DNA from: an uncultured Christensenella sp.
Lineage (GTDB): Bacteria; Bacillota; Clostridia; Christensenellales; UBA3700
Direction of reading: 5' to 3'
NCBI GenBank assembly: GCA_910583995.1
Contig: CAJTYW010000003.1
Location: forward strand, 80,492-144,491
DNA: 64,000 nt
Shown: positions 19,250 to 27,802 of the stretch, piece after piece
How positions within the stretch are numbered: position 1 is the stretch's first letter
Layout of the letters: the number at the start of each line of letters is the position of its first letter
Translations under genes and position numbers: made by a program
Notes under the pieces: model-generated
Databases searched by the model: none
What the model saw: the letters and a program-made list of their open reading frames with translations, nothing else
Told to the model about the DNA's origin: nothing

Positions 19250-20218
19250 ATGGGAATTTTTAAGGAAATCAGTGACTGGTGGAATGATTTGTTCAAAGAC
19301 GATGTCACCAAAGAACAAGAGCAAAAAATGATTACCGAACTTGCAGGAATGGAAGCTAAAGAAAGAGAAAGATTGGAAAATATCGTCAAAGAATATGCAG
19401 CTAGCAACAGACCGCAAGATTTGGAATTTGAATATCTTGAAGAATATGTACCTATCGATAATGAAACATTAATGGATAAAAGTGAAAAGCAATATTCTGA
19501 AATTTACAATGCCGAAAAAGATTTGGCAAATGAAAAATATCAAGAGAAACTAAATAAAGTAGAAGAAACCGAAAAAGGTTACATAGATAATGCAGAAAGT
19601 AAAAACAACAATTATAAAGAAAAGTATAAGGACAAGACAGAGAGTTTTAAATCTACTGCAAGCAAAAATGGAATTGCGGATTCTTCTATTATGGGTGCAA
19701 AATCTGAAGACTTGAATAATGAAAGAGACAGATACATTGATGATGTAATGAAAGCTTTGCAAAGCAAATTGAATAGCACTGCTAATAAAAAAGAAGATAT
19801 TCTAAACGAAAAGAATTTGAAAATTCAAAATTTGGATAGCAACTTTACTAAAAATGTTGAAGACTTGTTTAATAAATATCTAAAAGAAGAAGAGAATAAG
19901 GTTAAAGAAGTTGAAAAAGCAAATAAAGATACCGCTAATAAGGAAAAAGCTTACAAAGAGTATCAAGACAGAATAGTAAAAGAAAAGGCCAAAGAAATGG
20001 AAAACCTTCAAAAGGAAATGAAGGAAAAGGAAGAAAGGGGAATATACGAAGACCCTACTCGTGAAGCAGAATATGATAAAAGATTAGAAATAGCAAGAGA
20101 TTTTTATAAAGGGTTTACAAAGAAATCTGCTATAAAAGCTATCCAGGAAAATAGTACTTTGCAAAAGTTTTTAGGATTGAATTATTATAGATTGCTTGAG
20201 GAAATTCAAAATGGATAA
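19250..20218 (+). CDS. Phage Lys/Glu-rich coiled-coil protein
   Basis: RBS TAGGAG. Long K/E-rich heptad-like sequence. Confidence 0.55.
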   Translation: MGIFKEISDWWNDLFKDDVTKEQEQKMITELAGMEAKERERLENIVKEYAASNRPQDLEFEYLEEYVPIDNETLMDKSEKQYSEIYNAEKDLANEKYQEKLNKVEETEKGYIDNAESKNNNYKEKYKDKTESFKSTASKNGIADSSIMGAKSEDLNNERDRYIDDVMKALQSKLNSTANKKEDILNEKNLKIQNLDSNFTKNVEDLFNKYLKEEENKVKEVEKANKDTANKEKAYKEYQDRIVKEKAKEMENLQKEMKEKEERGIYEDPTREAEYDKRLEIARDFYKGFTKKSAIKAIQENSTLQKFLGLNYYRLLEEIQNG

Positions 20219-20456
20219 CGAGATTTTATTGATGGTGGCAAAAAGCGGCGTATTTGCCGTGTTATTTGTGATTTTGTTATTTTATGTGTTAAGAGATTCA
20301 AGAAATCGTGAGCAGAATTATCAAAAAGTTGTAAATGTTTTAACAAAAGAACTAGGTGCGGTTATGAATATCGAAGATGACATTAAGGATATTAAAAACA
20401 CTATAACACTACAGCCACTTTATAATGCAGAGGTAACTTATGAAGGGGAAATTTAA
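20211..20456 (+). CDS. BhlA/UviB-family holin-like protein
   Basis: GVFAVLFVILLFYVLRDSRNRE closely matches BhlA GPFAVLFCWLLFYVMKTSKERE. RBS GAGGA. Confidence 0.8.
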   Translation: MDNEILLMVAKSGVFAVLFVILLFYVLRDSRNREQNYQKVVNVLTKELGAVMNIEDDIKDIKNTITLQPLYNAEVTYEGEI

Positions 20457-20688
20457 AAATTACGGCTTGTGGATAAGTATTGTCAGTGCAGTGCTTATGT
20501 TGCTACAAGCAATGGGATTAAAGTTTGATTTGCCTTATGTTAACGAGATAATTACTTCTATTTTGGGTGTACTTGTGACATTGGGTATTATCAGTAATCC
20601 ATCAGACGGAAGCGGTTATACCGATAAAAGCGGTGACATAATCGAAAAAGTCGAAGACGAAGATATAAACTCAGATAATAATATTTGA
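20440..20688 (+). CDS. Phage holin (phi LC3 / Phage_holin_1-like)
   Basis: 82 aa with two TM segments (LWISIVSAVLMLLQAMG, ITSILGVLVTLGIISNP) and an acidic tail. Confidence 0.7.
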   Translation: MKGKFKNYGLWISIVSAVLMLLQAMGLKFDLPYVNEIITSILGVLVTLGIISNPSDGSGYTDKSGDIIEKVEDEDINSDNNI

Positions 20689-20754
20689 TTACATATCTTT
20701 GTAAATTGAAACAATTTAATATGTAATAAGTATTTATTATAAATTGCTTATTAC

Positions 20755-20790
20755 AAAAAAAGTCCTTAATTGATTTAAGGACTTTTTATT
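20755..20790. terminator. Bidirectional terminator between the holin gene and murG
   Basis: Stem AAAGTCCTTAA / TTAAGGACTTT flanked by an A-run and a T-run. Confidence 0.85.
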
Positions 20791-20835
20791 TTTATTTATA
20801 AAGTGTATAATAATTTATTTATTATTTTATCTCAA

Positions 20836-21855
20836 TCAATCTACACAAAGCAAAATTTGGTCTACAATTTTTTGAGCTGTTTCTTTGTCATAATTGCTAA
20901 TTGGTTTTGGCTCAGAAAAAGTTGTGTTTATTTTTTCACAAAGTAATTCTGGTGTCAAATCTTCCTGCCTTATTACTGTAAAGTTGCTTTTCTTTGCATT
21001 TTCCAATTGGTCACCGCGTGATGCTGACTCAGGTAGTGGTATTAATATGCTTCTTATTCCTATGGCTTGTAATTCAGTAATTACACCAGCCCCAGCTCTT
21101 GCAATAACAAGTGTTGCCAAAGCATAGTAATCGCCAATGTTATCTACATATTCTACTGGGTAGTAATTGTGAGTTTTAACATCGGGAAGTTTGCCTTTTC
21201 CTGTTAAATGAATGATATTATAATTTTTTGTTAGAGTACCTAAACAACTTACAACGCAGTCATTAATTGCTTTTGCACCCAAACTTCCGCCTACAACTAA
21301 AATAGTAGGTCTTTTACTATCCAAATTGAATTTAGTAACGATTTTTGACGGGTTTCCTTGTAATATCTCATCACGAATAGGTGTTCCTAAGGTTATATAT
21401 TTGTTATCTTTATTGCATTTGCTATCAGATGTTATTACTTTTTTTGCGGCTTTGGCAGCAAGTTTATTTGCAACTCCCAAGCTTTTGTCCGATTCGTGTA
21501 CAATGTAAGGAATATTCAATTTTTTACAAGCGTAGGTGATTGGAAGCGATACATATCCGCCTTTGGAAAAAACTACATCTGCATTAAGCTTTTCCAGTAA
21601 TTCCACAGCTTCCGAAATATATTTTGGAAGTACAAAAGGTATTTTAAAATTACGCATTAATTTAACTCTGTCAAGTTTTATTGCTTTTATAGGATAAAAA
21701 GGTATGTTATTGCTTTTTGCAATTTTTTCTTCCATACCGCCTGCTTCTCCTACATAATAAATTTTGTCAAAGTGCTTTTTTAAATAAGGTATAAGTGCAA
21801 TATTAGGTATAATGTGTCCGCCACTTCCACCGCCTGTCAATACAATAGTTTTCAT
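20836..21855 (-). CDS. murG: Undecaprenyldiphospho-muramoylpentapeptide beta-N-acetylglucosaminyltransferase (MurG)
   Basis: MKTIVLTGGGSGGHIIPNIAL N-terminus, HESD...GVANK, GT28 layout. Confidence 0.8.
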   Translation of the reverse strand: MKTIVLTGGGSGGHIIPNIALIPYLKKHFDKIYYVGEAGGMEEKIAKSNNIPFYPIKAIKLDRVKLMRNFKIPFVLPKYISEAVELLEKLNADVVFSKGGYVSLPITYACKKLNIPYIVHESDKSLGVANKLAAKAAKKVITSDSKCNKDNKYITLGTPIRDEILQGNPSKIVTKFNLDSKRPTILVVGGSLGAKAINDCVVSCLGTLTKNYNIIHLTGKGKLPDVKTHNYYPVEYVDNIGDYYALATLVIARAGAGVITELQAIGIRSILIPLPESASRGDQLENAKKSNFTVIRQEDLTPELLCEKINTTFSEPKPISNYDKETAQKIVDQILLCVD

Positions 21856-22100
21856 AAATATCCTGCCTTATGCAAATTTTATGCAAAAATTTTTATATTT
21901 TACTTTATTTTATTACCCAAATGTCAAAAAATATGCCGATTTTCATTATAAAATTTAAAATTGTACGCTTTTCCCTTGAAATATTATTCAAATTATAGTA
22001 AAATAAATATATAATGCAAAGTTTACAAATATTGGTAAATTTTTTGCATATACTATTTATGTGTATAAAAATGATTAAATATATCTTTTAGGAGATTTTT

Positions 22101-23045
22101 ATGGTTACAGAAAAATTTAAAAGCGAATCGGGATTTGAAAGTTATGCTTATTATTGGGACGATGTAAAAGAGCCGATTGGTGTCGTACAAATTATTCACG
22201 GTATGGCAGAGCATATTGGGAGATATGACTTTTTTGCAGAGTTTTTGAATTATAATGGTTTTATAGTTGTAGGTATGGATACAAGGGGACACGGAAGAAC
22301 TGCTCAAGAAGGTTTGGGACTTGGCATTGTTACAAATGGCGATAGTTTTGCAGATACTGTTGCAGACCAAATTGATTTGGCAAAACACATTAAGCAAAAG
22401 TATTCTTTACCATTGTGTTTGTTTGGACACAGCTTTGGTTCTTTTTTAAGTCAGTCGTTTATTCAAAGAGCAAGTGATTTACTTGAAGGTGTTATTTTGT
22501 GTGGTTCTGCTAAACAAAAGGGTATGGATATTACAGCGGGACAATTTGTATCTAAATTGCAAAGTGTATTTTGTGGCAAAGATAAACCAGCTAAAATGAT
22601 TACTAAACTTGCTTTTGGTGGTTTTGACCAAAAGTTTGCTTACGATAAAATGGAAAATGCTTGGGTTTGCAGCAATCTTGACTCTGTTAAAAAATACAAT
22701 GAAGACGAATGGTGCGGTGCAACTGCGTCAATAGGATTTTTTAAATCATTGTTTTATGGTGTTAAAGACTTGTATGAAGAATGTAATCTTGACTGCATAA
22801 GAAAGGAATTGAAGGTTTTTATCATTAGTGGAGAAATGGACCCTGTTGGCGGATATGGTAAAAAAGTTAAAAAACTTTATGATACTTATGTTGATACAGG
22901 TATTAAAGATGTGACTATCAAATTGTATCCAGATAAAAGACACGAACTTCTAAACGAAGATATACGAGACCAAGTTATGTTCGATTCGCTTGAATTTTTT
23001 AAAAACTGCTTAAAAAATGACGAAAATATGAAAGAAATCAATTAA
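22101..23045 (+). CDS. Alpha/beta hydrolase (lysophospholipase / monoacylglycerol-lipase-like)
   Basis: IIHGMAEHIGRYDFF, nucleophile elbow GHSFGS, C-terminal RHELLNE. Confidence 0.8.
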   Translation: MVTEKFKSESGFESYAYYWDDVKEPIGVVQIIHGMAEHIGRYDFFAEFLNYNGFIVVGMDTRGHGRTAQEGLGLGIVTNGDSFADTVADQIDLAKHIKQKYSLPLCLFGHSFGSFLSQSFIQRASDLLEGVILCGSAKQKGMDITAGQFVSKLQSVFCGKDKPAKMITKLAFGGFDQKFAYDKMENAWVCSNLDSVKKYNEDEWCGATASIGFFKSLFYGVKDLYEECNLDCIRKELKVFIISGEMDPVGGYGKKVKKLYDTYVDTGIKDVTIKLYPDKRHELLNEDIRDQVMFDSLEFFKNCLKNDENMKEIN

Positions 23046-23080
23046 AGAATAAAAATTTTAATAAAAAAGACGGGAATTTT

Positions 23081-23134
23081 AAAGAGTGATTTAATTTTTT
23101 TAAAAAAATTGCAAATCACTCTTTATTTTTTTTT
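23081..23134 (+). terminator. Intrinsic terminator after the hydrolase gene
   Basis: 12-bp stem AAAGAGTGATTT / AAATCACTCTTT followed by a T-run. Confidence 0.8.
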
Positions 23135-23303
23135 ATAAATGTGTTACAATATAATTAATTAAAATAATATTACTTTTATTAATAACTTAATGTGTGTGTG
23201 AATAATTAAAAAAGTTAAAAGCTTTGATGATTTACGCAAGTCAAGTTTAAATATAAACGGATAAGTAAATAAGTAAAATACATCTCAAAAGCAAGGAGAA
23301 ATT

Positions 23304-25265
23304 ATGAAGAATAAACAAGAATATTCATCTGACAGTATTGAAGTATTGGAAGGCCTTGATGCTGTGCGTTTAAGACCTGGTATGTATATAGGTGATTCTT
23401 CTTCAAAAGGTTTGCACCATATACTTTGGGAAATTGTTGATAATAGTATTGACGAAATTGCCAACGGACACGGCGATAGGGTTGACATTGAATTGCTAAG
23501 AGATGGTTCTGTTAGTGTTACAGATAACGGCAGAGGTATTCCTGTTGATATTCATAAGGAACTTAAGATTCCAGCACTGGAAATAGTTTTTACTAAATTG
23601 CACTCAGGTGCTAAATTTGGTAGTGATGACTATAAGTTTTCAGGCGGTTTGCACGGCGTAGGTTCTGCTGTTACAAATGCTGTGTCAAGGTGGCTTAACT
23701 CGACAGTTTGGCGTAACGGAACTGAAAATTACATTGAATTTCATTCCCCTGAAATCAATGGTAAGATAAAAAGCGGTATTAGAAAAACCGAAATGACTAC
23801 TACAAAATGTGATAAAAAATTGCACGGAACAAAGGTTGTTTTTATGCCTGATGACAGAGTTTTTGGGCATAATAAAATTTCCTTTGAAGTAGTAAATAAA
23901 AGAATAAGGGAGCTTGCTTTTTTAAATAACAACCTTACAATCACTTTGCGTGACGAGAGAGAAAGAGACGAAAATGGTTTGTCAAGACACGTTAGTTATC
24001 ATTATAACGGCGGGCTTGTAGACTTTGTTAAATACCAAAACGAAAGTAAAGACCCTATTTATGACACACCTATTTATTTTGAGAGTGTGGGGGATAATGT
24101 ACGTATTAAACTTGCTATGCAACACACAAATGGTATGGAGAGCATAACAAGCTTTGTAAACAATATTCCAACTCACGAAGGTGGTACACACGAGACAGGT
24201 TTTAAGCAAGGTCTTACAAGGTTTATGAATGACTATGCAAAAAACAATGGCTTTATTAAAGATAAAGACACTCCGTTTGTAGGCGACGATTTTAGAGACG
24301 GACTTACTGTCATTATGCTTATTCAAATGAAAAACCCTGAATTTGAAGGACAAACAAAATCTAAACTTTCAAATGCTTGGATTAAAAAACCGATTGAAGA
24401 TATGGTTTTTAGTGGCTTGCAAGAGATTTTTAAAAAGCTACCTAAAAATATTGTTGCAGATATTTTTGCACTGGCACTGCAATCTAAAAAGGAAAGGGAA
24501 AGATTACAAAACAGTAAAGACGTTAATAAAAAAATGCGAGATATTGCTGCAAATAAATTAATAGGTAAACTTGCACCTTGCATAGGTAAAAATACTAAAA
24601 GAAATGAATTGTTTATCGTAGAAGGTGATTCTGCGGGTGGTTCTGCAAAAAACGGCAGAGATAGGAATTTTCAGGCTATATTACCACTTCGTGGAAAGCC
24701 GCTTAATGTTGAAAAAGCTAAGCTTGACGATATTTTGAAAAATACAGAAATTTGTACAATAATTAGTGCTTTGGGTGCAGGATTTTATCACGACTTTAAT
24801 ATTGACAACTTAAAATATGATAAAGTTATCATACTTGCCGATGCCGACCAAGACGGCGCTCATATTAGGGCTATATTGCTTACTTTCTTTTACAGATATA
24901 TGCGACCGCTTATTGTGGAAGGACACGTTTATATCGGTATGCCACCGCTTTATAAGGTGGAAAATAAGGGCGAAGTAACTTATGTTTATGATGATGCAAA
25001 ACTAAAGGAATTGCTAGAGAATATAAGCGGTAAAAAGACTATACAGAGATATAAAGGTTTGGGTGAAATGAATCCCGAACAGCTTTGGGAGACAACAATG
25101 AATCCTGAAAACAGGTCGCTTATGAAAGTTACAATAGACGATGTTGTTGAAGCGGAAAGAATGATTACGATTTTTATGAGTAAGGAATCGGAAGCTAGAA
25201 AACAATATATCAATACAAACGCAAACTTTAATAAACAAGACGCTTTTGAAAAAATAGGAGGATAG
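23304..25265 (+). CDS. parE: Type IIA topoisomerase subunit B (ParE-like, paired with a ParC-like A subunit; GyrB not excluded)
   Basis: [20 protein letters not shown] ATPase and TOPRIM (EGDSAGG) motifs. Confidence 0.65.
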   Translation: MKNKQEYSSDSIEVLEGLDAVRLRPGMYIGDSSSKGLHHILWEIVDNSIDEIANGHGDRVDIELLRDGSVSVTDNGRGIPVDIHKELKIPALEIVFTKLHSGAKFGSDDYKFSGGLHGVGSAVTNAVSRWLNSTVWRNGTENYIEFHSPEINGKIKSGIRKTEMTTTKCDKKLHGTKVVFMPDDRVFGHNKISFEVVNKRIRELAFLNNNLTITLRDERERDENGLSRHVSYHYNGGLVDFVKYQNESKDPIYDTPIYFESVGDNVRIKLAMQHTNGMESITSFVNNIPTHEGGTHETGFKQGLTRFMNDYAKNNGFIKDKDTPFVGDDFRDGLTVIMLIQMKNPEFEGQTKSKLSNAWIKKPIEDMVFSGLQEIFKKLPKNIVADIFALALQSKKERERLQNSKDVNKKMRDIAANKLIGKLAPCIGKNTKRNELFIVEGDSAGGSAKNGRDRNFQAILPLRGKPLNVEKAKLDDILKNTEICTIISALGAGFYHDFNIDNLKYDKVIILADADQDGAHIRAILLTFFYRYMRPLIVEGHVYIGMPPLYKVENKGEVTYVYDDAKLKELLENISGKKTIQRYKGLGEMNPEQLWETTMNPENRSLMKVTIDDVVEAERMITIFMSKESEARKQYINTNANFNKQDAFEKIGG

Positions 25266-25266
25266 T

Positions 25267-27693
25267 ATGGCAAAAGATAAAGTTGTTAATTCTGACATTA
25301 TACTTGATTGTGAAATATCTGATGTAATGCACAATTCGATGATGCCATACTCAGAGTATGTTATTTTGGACAGAGCTTTGCCAAGGGTTGAAGATGGTTT
25401 AAAACCTGTTCAAAGGCGTATTTTATACACAATGTATGAGCTTGGAACTACACCTGAAAAACCATACAGAAAGTCTGCTCGTATTGTAGGTGATTGCTTG
25501 GGTAAATATCACCCACACGGCGACACATCTGTTTATGGTGCAATGGTAAGAATGGCACAATCTTTTAATATGAGCAGTATGCTTGTTGACGGACACGGTA
25601 ACTTTGGTAGTATTGACGGGGACTCTCCTGCGGCAATGAGATATACCGAAGTTAGGTTGCAACCACTTGCAATGGAAATGCTAAGAGATATCGAACAAGA
25701 TACTGTGGAATGGACACTTAACTTTGACGATACACTAAAAGAGCCTAAGACACTGCCAGGTAGATTTCCTAACTTGCTTGTCAATGGTGCATCGGGTATA
25801 GCAGTAGGTCTTGCAACAAATATACCACCGCATAATATTACTGAAGTTATTGACGGCGTTTGTGCGTATATAGACAATCCAAGAATTACTCTTGATAATC
25901 TAATGGAGTATATAAAAGCACCGGATTTTCCGTCCGGTGGTGAGCTTTTGGTAAATGACGATTTGAAAAAGGCTTATGAGACAGGTAGGGGTAAAATTGC
26001 AATCCGTGCTAAAATTATGATTGAAAAGGACGGGGATAAATTAAGCTTTGTAATAACCGAATTACCTTATCAAGTTAACAAAGCAGCATTGCTTGCAAAA
26101 ATAGACGAATATAGAGAAACAAAAAAAGGATTATTTGACGACATTACGGATATTATAGACGCATCTGACAGAACTGGTATGCGTGTAATAATTAAGTTTA
26201 AGCGTGACTGCAATCACAAAAAGTTATTGCATAATTTGTATGAAAAAACCGATTTGCAACAAAACTTTAATATAAATATGGTTGCGATTGCAGACGGAAA
26301 ACCACAGCAATTAGGCTTGATTGACTTGGTAAGATGCTATGTCAATTATCAACAAAATTTGATTTTAAGACGCTCACAATATCAACTTGCAAATGCAAAA
26401 GCAAGGGAACATATTTTGCAAGGTATTATCATTGCAATTGAGAATATTGACGAAGTTATTAAAATTATCAAATCTTCCGCATCACCTGTTGAGTGTAAGA
26501 GTAAACTTAAAGAAAGGTTTTCAATTAGTGAAAAGCAAGCACAAGCTATACTTGAGATTAAACTTGCAAGACTTACTAAACTTGAAGTTAACAATTTAAG
26601 GGAAGAGATAGCAGAACTTTTGAAAACTATTGACTATTTAACACAAGTTGTAGGTAGCAAACGCAGACAGCTTGCAATTGTAAAAAGCGAGCTTTTGGAT
26701 ATTAGAAAAAGATATAAACTTGAAAGAAGGTCACATATTTTTGTAGACGGAATAGAACAAAAAATTCAAGTTTATGATGTAAACGAGATTGAAGAAAAGA
26801 AAGGTTATTGCATATTGACGGGGCAAAATTGCATTAAATTCTTGACACAAAAAACATATAAGAGTGCAAACAAAACTTCTCAAAATTGTTCAAGCGAAGA
26901 TATTCCAATCAGCATTGTTGCTTGCAATAATTTGTCACCTGTTTATGCTTTTACAAATCTTGGTAATGTGGCACAAGTAAATATCGGCGATTTGAAGGAA
27001 GAAAAATGGCGTAGCAAAGGCAGTCCTTGCGGTAAAGTTATAAGTGATTTGCAAAAAGGCGAAATTGTTATAAAACTTTTAACTAAAGATATGATAGAAA
27101 ATAAAAATCTTTTGTTTGTGACAAGTAGCGGTATGGTTAAAGTTGGCAGGGGCGAAGAGTATTTAATAAATAAAAAATTCTATCAAGCAACAAGTTTGAA
27201 AGATGATGATAGAGTAGTTTATGTGGATACAAAAGACGATAGCAAAACTATTATTACAATAACAAATGAAGGTAGCGTGCTTAATATGGAAAGTGATATT
27301 ACTCCTACAGGAAGAAAATCACAAGGCGTTATCGGTATGTCTTTGTCTGACGGCGATTATGTTAAATTTGCTGAGCAAATTGATGACGAAGGTGAGATTA
27401 TTGTTGTAACAGAAAAAGGTTCTGCTAAAAAGGTTATAGCAGGTCTTATCAAAGTTTCTGGTCGTAATAGAAAAGGTAATAAAATTCAAAGCTTTACCGA
27501 TAAAACAGGATACTCAATATTGTATGCGGGATATGTTAAAGAACCTTATGATATTATTTTGGTTGGTGAAAATGATGAAATTGTACCACTAAATAGTGAA
27601 GAAATACGAATAGAAAATATGAATTCTAGGGGAACTTTAATACCTAATATTGCAGGTAAGATTGCTAAGATTTTGCCACTTAAAGTTATTTAA
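25267..27693 (+). CDS. parC: Type IIA topoisomerase subunit A, ParC-like (topoisomerase IV)
   Basis: [12 protein letters not shown] (Q as in Gram-positive ParC, H in GyrA), active-site AAMRYTE. No GyrA-box (QRRGGKG) is visible in the C-terminal domain. Confidence 0.65.
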   Translation: MAKDKVVNSDIILDCEISDVMHNSMMPYSEYVILDRALPRVEDGLKPVQRRILYTMYELGTTPEKPYRKSARIVGDCLGKYHPHGDTSVYGAMVRMAQSFNMSSMLVDGHGNFGSIDGDSPAAMRYTEVRLQPLAMEMLRDIEQDTVEWTLNFDDTLKEPKTLPGRFPNLLVNGASGIAVGLATNIPPHNITEVIDGVCAYIDNPRITLDNLMEYIKAPDFPSGGELLVNDDLKKAYETGRGKIAIRAKIMIEKDGDKLSFVITELPYQVNKAALLAKIDEYRETKKGLFDDITDIIDASDRTGMRVIIKFKRDCNHKKLLHNLYEKTDLQQNFNINMVAIADGKPQQLGLIDLVRCYVNYQQNLILRRSQYQLANAKAREHILQGIIIAIENIDEVIKIIKSSASPVECKSKLKERFSISEKQAQAILEIKLARLTKLEVNNLREEIAELLKTIDYLTQVVGSKRRQLAIVKSELLDIRKRYKLERRSHIFVDGIEQKIQVYDVNEIEEKKGYCILTGQNCIKFLTQKTYKSANKTSQNCSSEDIPISIVACNNLSPVYAFTNLGNVAQVNIGDLKEEKWRSKGSPCGKVISDLQKGEIVIKLLTKDMIENKNLLFVTSSGMVKVGRGEEYLINKKFYQATSLKDDDRVVYVDTKDDSKTIITITNEGSVLNMESDITPTGRKSQGVIGMSLSDGDYVKFAEQIDDEGEIIVVTEKGSAKKVIAGLIKVSGRNRKGNKIQSFTDKTGYSILYAGYVKEPYDIILVGENDEIVPLNSEEIRIENMNSRGTLIPNIAGKIAKILPLKVI

Positions 27694-27769
27694 GGTTAGT
27701 TGAATTTTGAATAATTACTTTATTTGAATTTAATAAATAAACAGAAACATAATTTAATATTTAAAATGA

Positions 27770-27802
27770 AAATGCACTTCTATTTGAAGTGCATTTGTTT
27801 TT
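27770..27802. terminator. Bidirectional terminator between parC-like and the 829-aa gene
   Basis: Stem AAATGCACTTC / GAAGTGCATTT followed by a T-run. Confidence 0.8.

Larger units (their letters stand above)
9317..20688 (+). mobile_element. Phage-derived late-gene island (activator, packaging, head, unknown structural ORFs, holins) lacking integrase, replication and endolysin genes
   Basis: Gene content listed below. The flanks are housekeeping genes with their own terminators, and no flanking direct repeats were found by eye. Confidence 0.75.

Noticed and set aside
9054-20835. attL/attR direct repeats flanking the phage-like island
   Set aside because: I compared both flanking spacers by eye and found only terminator hairpins and AT-rich runs. 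A computational repeat search is needed before concluding they are absent.
22053-22397. 114-aa minus-strand ORF
   Set aside because: It is antisense to the N-terminus of the alpha/beta hydrolase gene and its upstream region, with no supporting signals.
23304-27693. Calling the topoisomerase pair gyrB/gyrA
   Set aside because: The A subunit has KPVQRRILY and no visible GyrA box, and the locus is not near dnaA/recF-type genes. ParE/ParC is favoured, but this is not proven without phylogeny.
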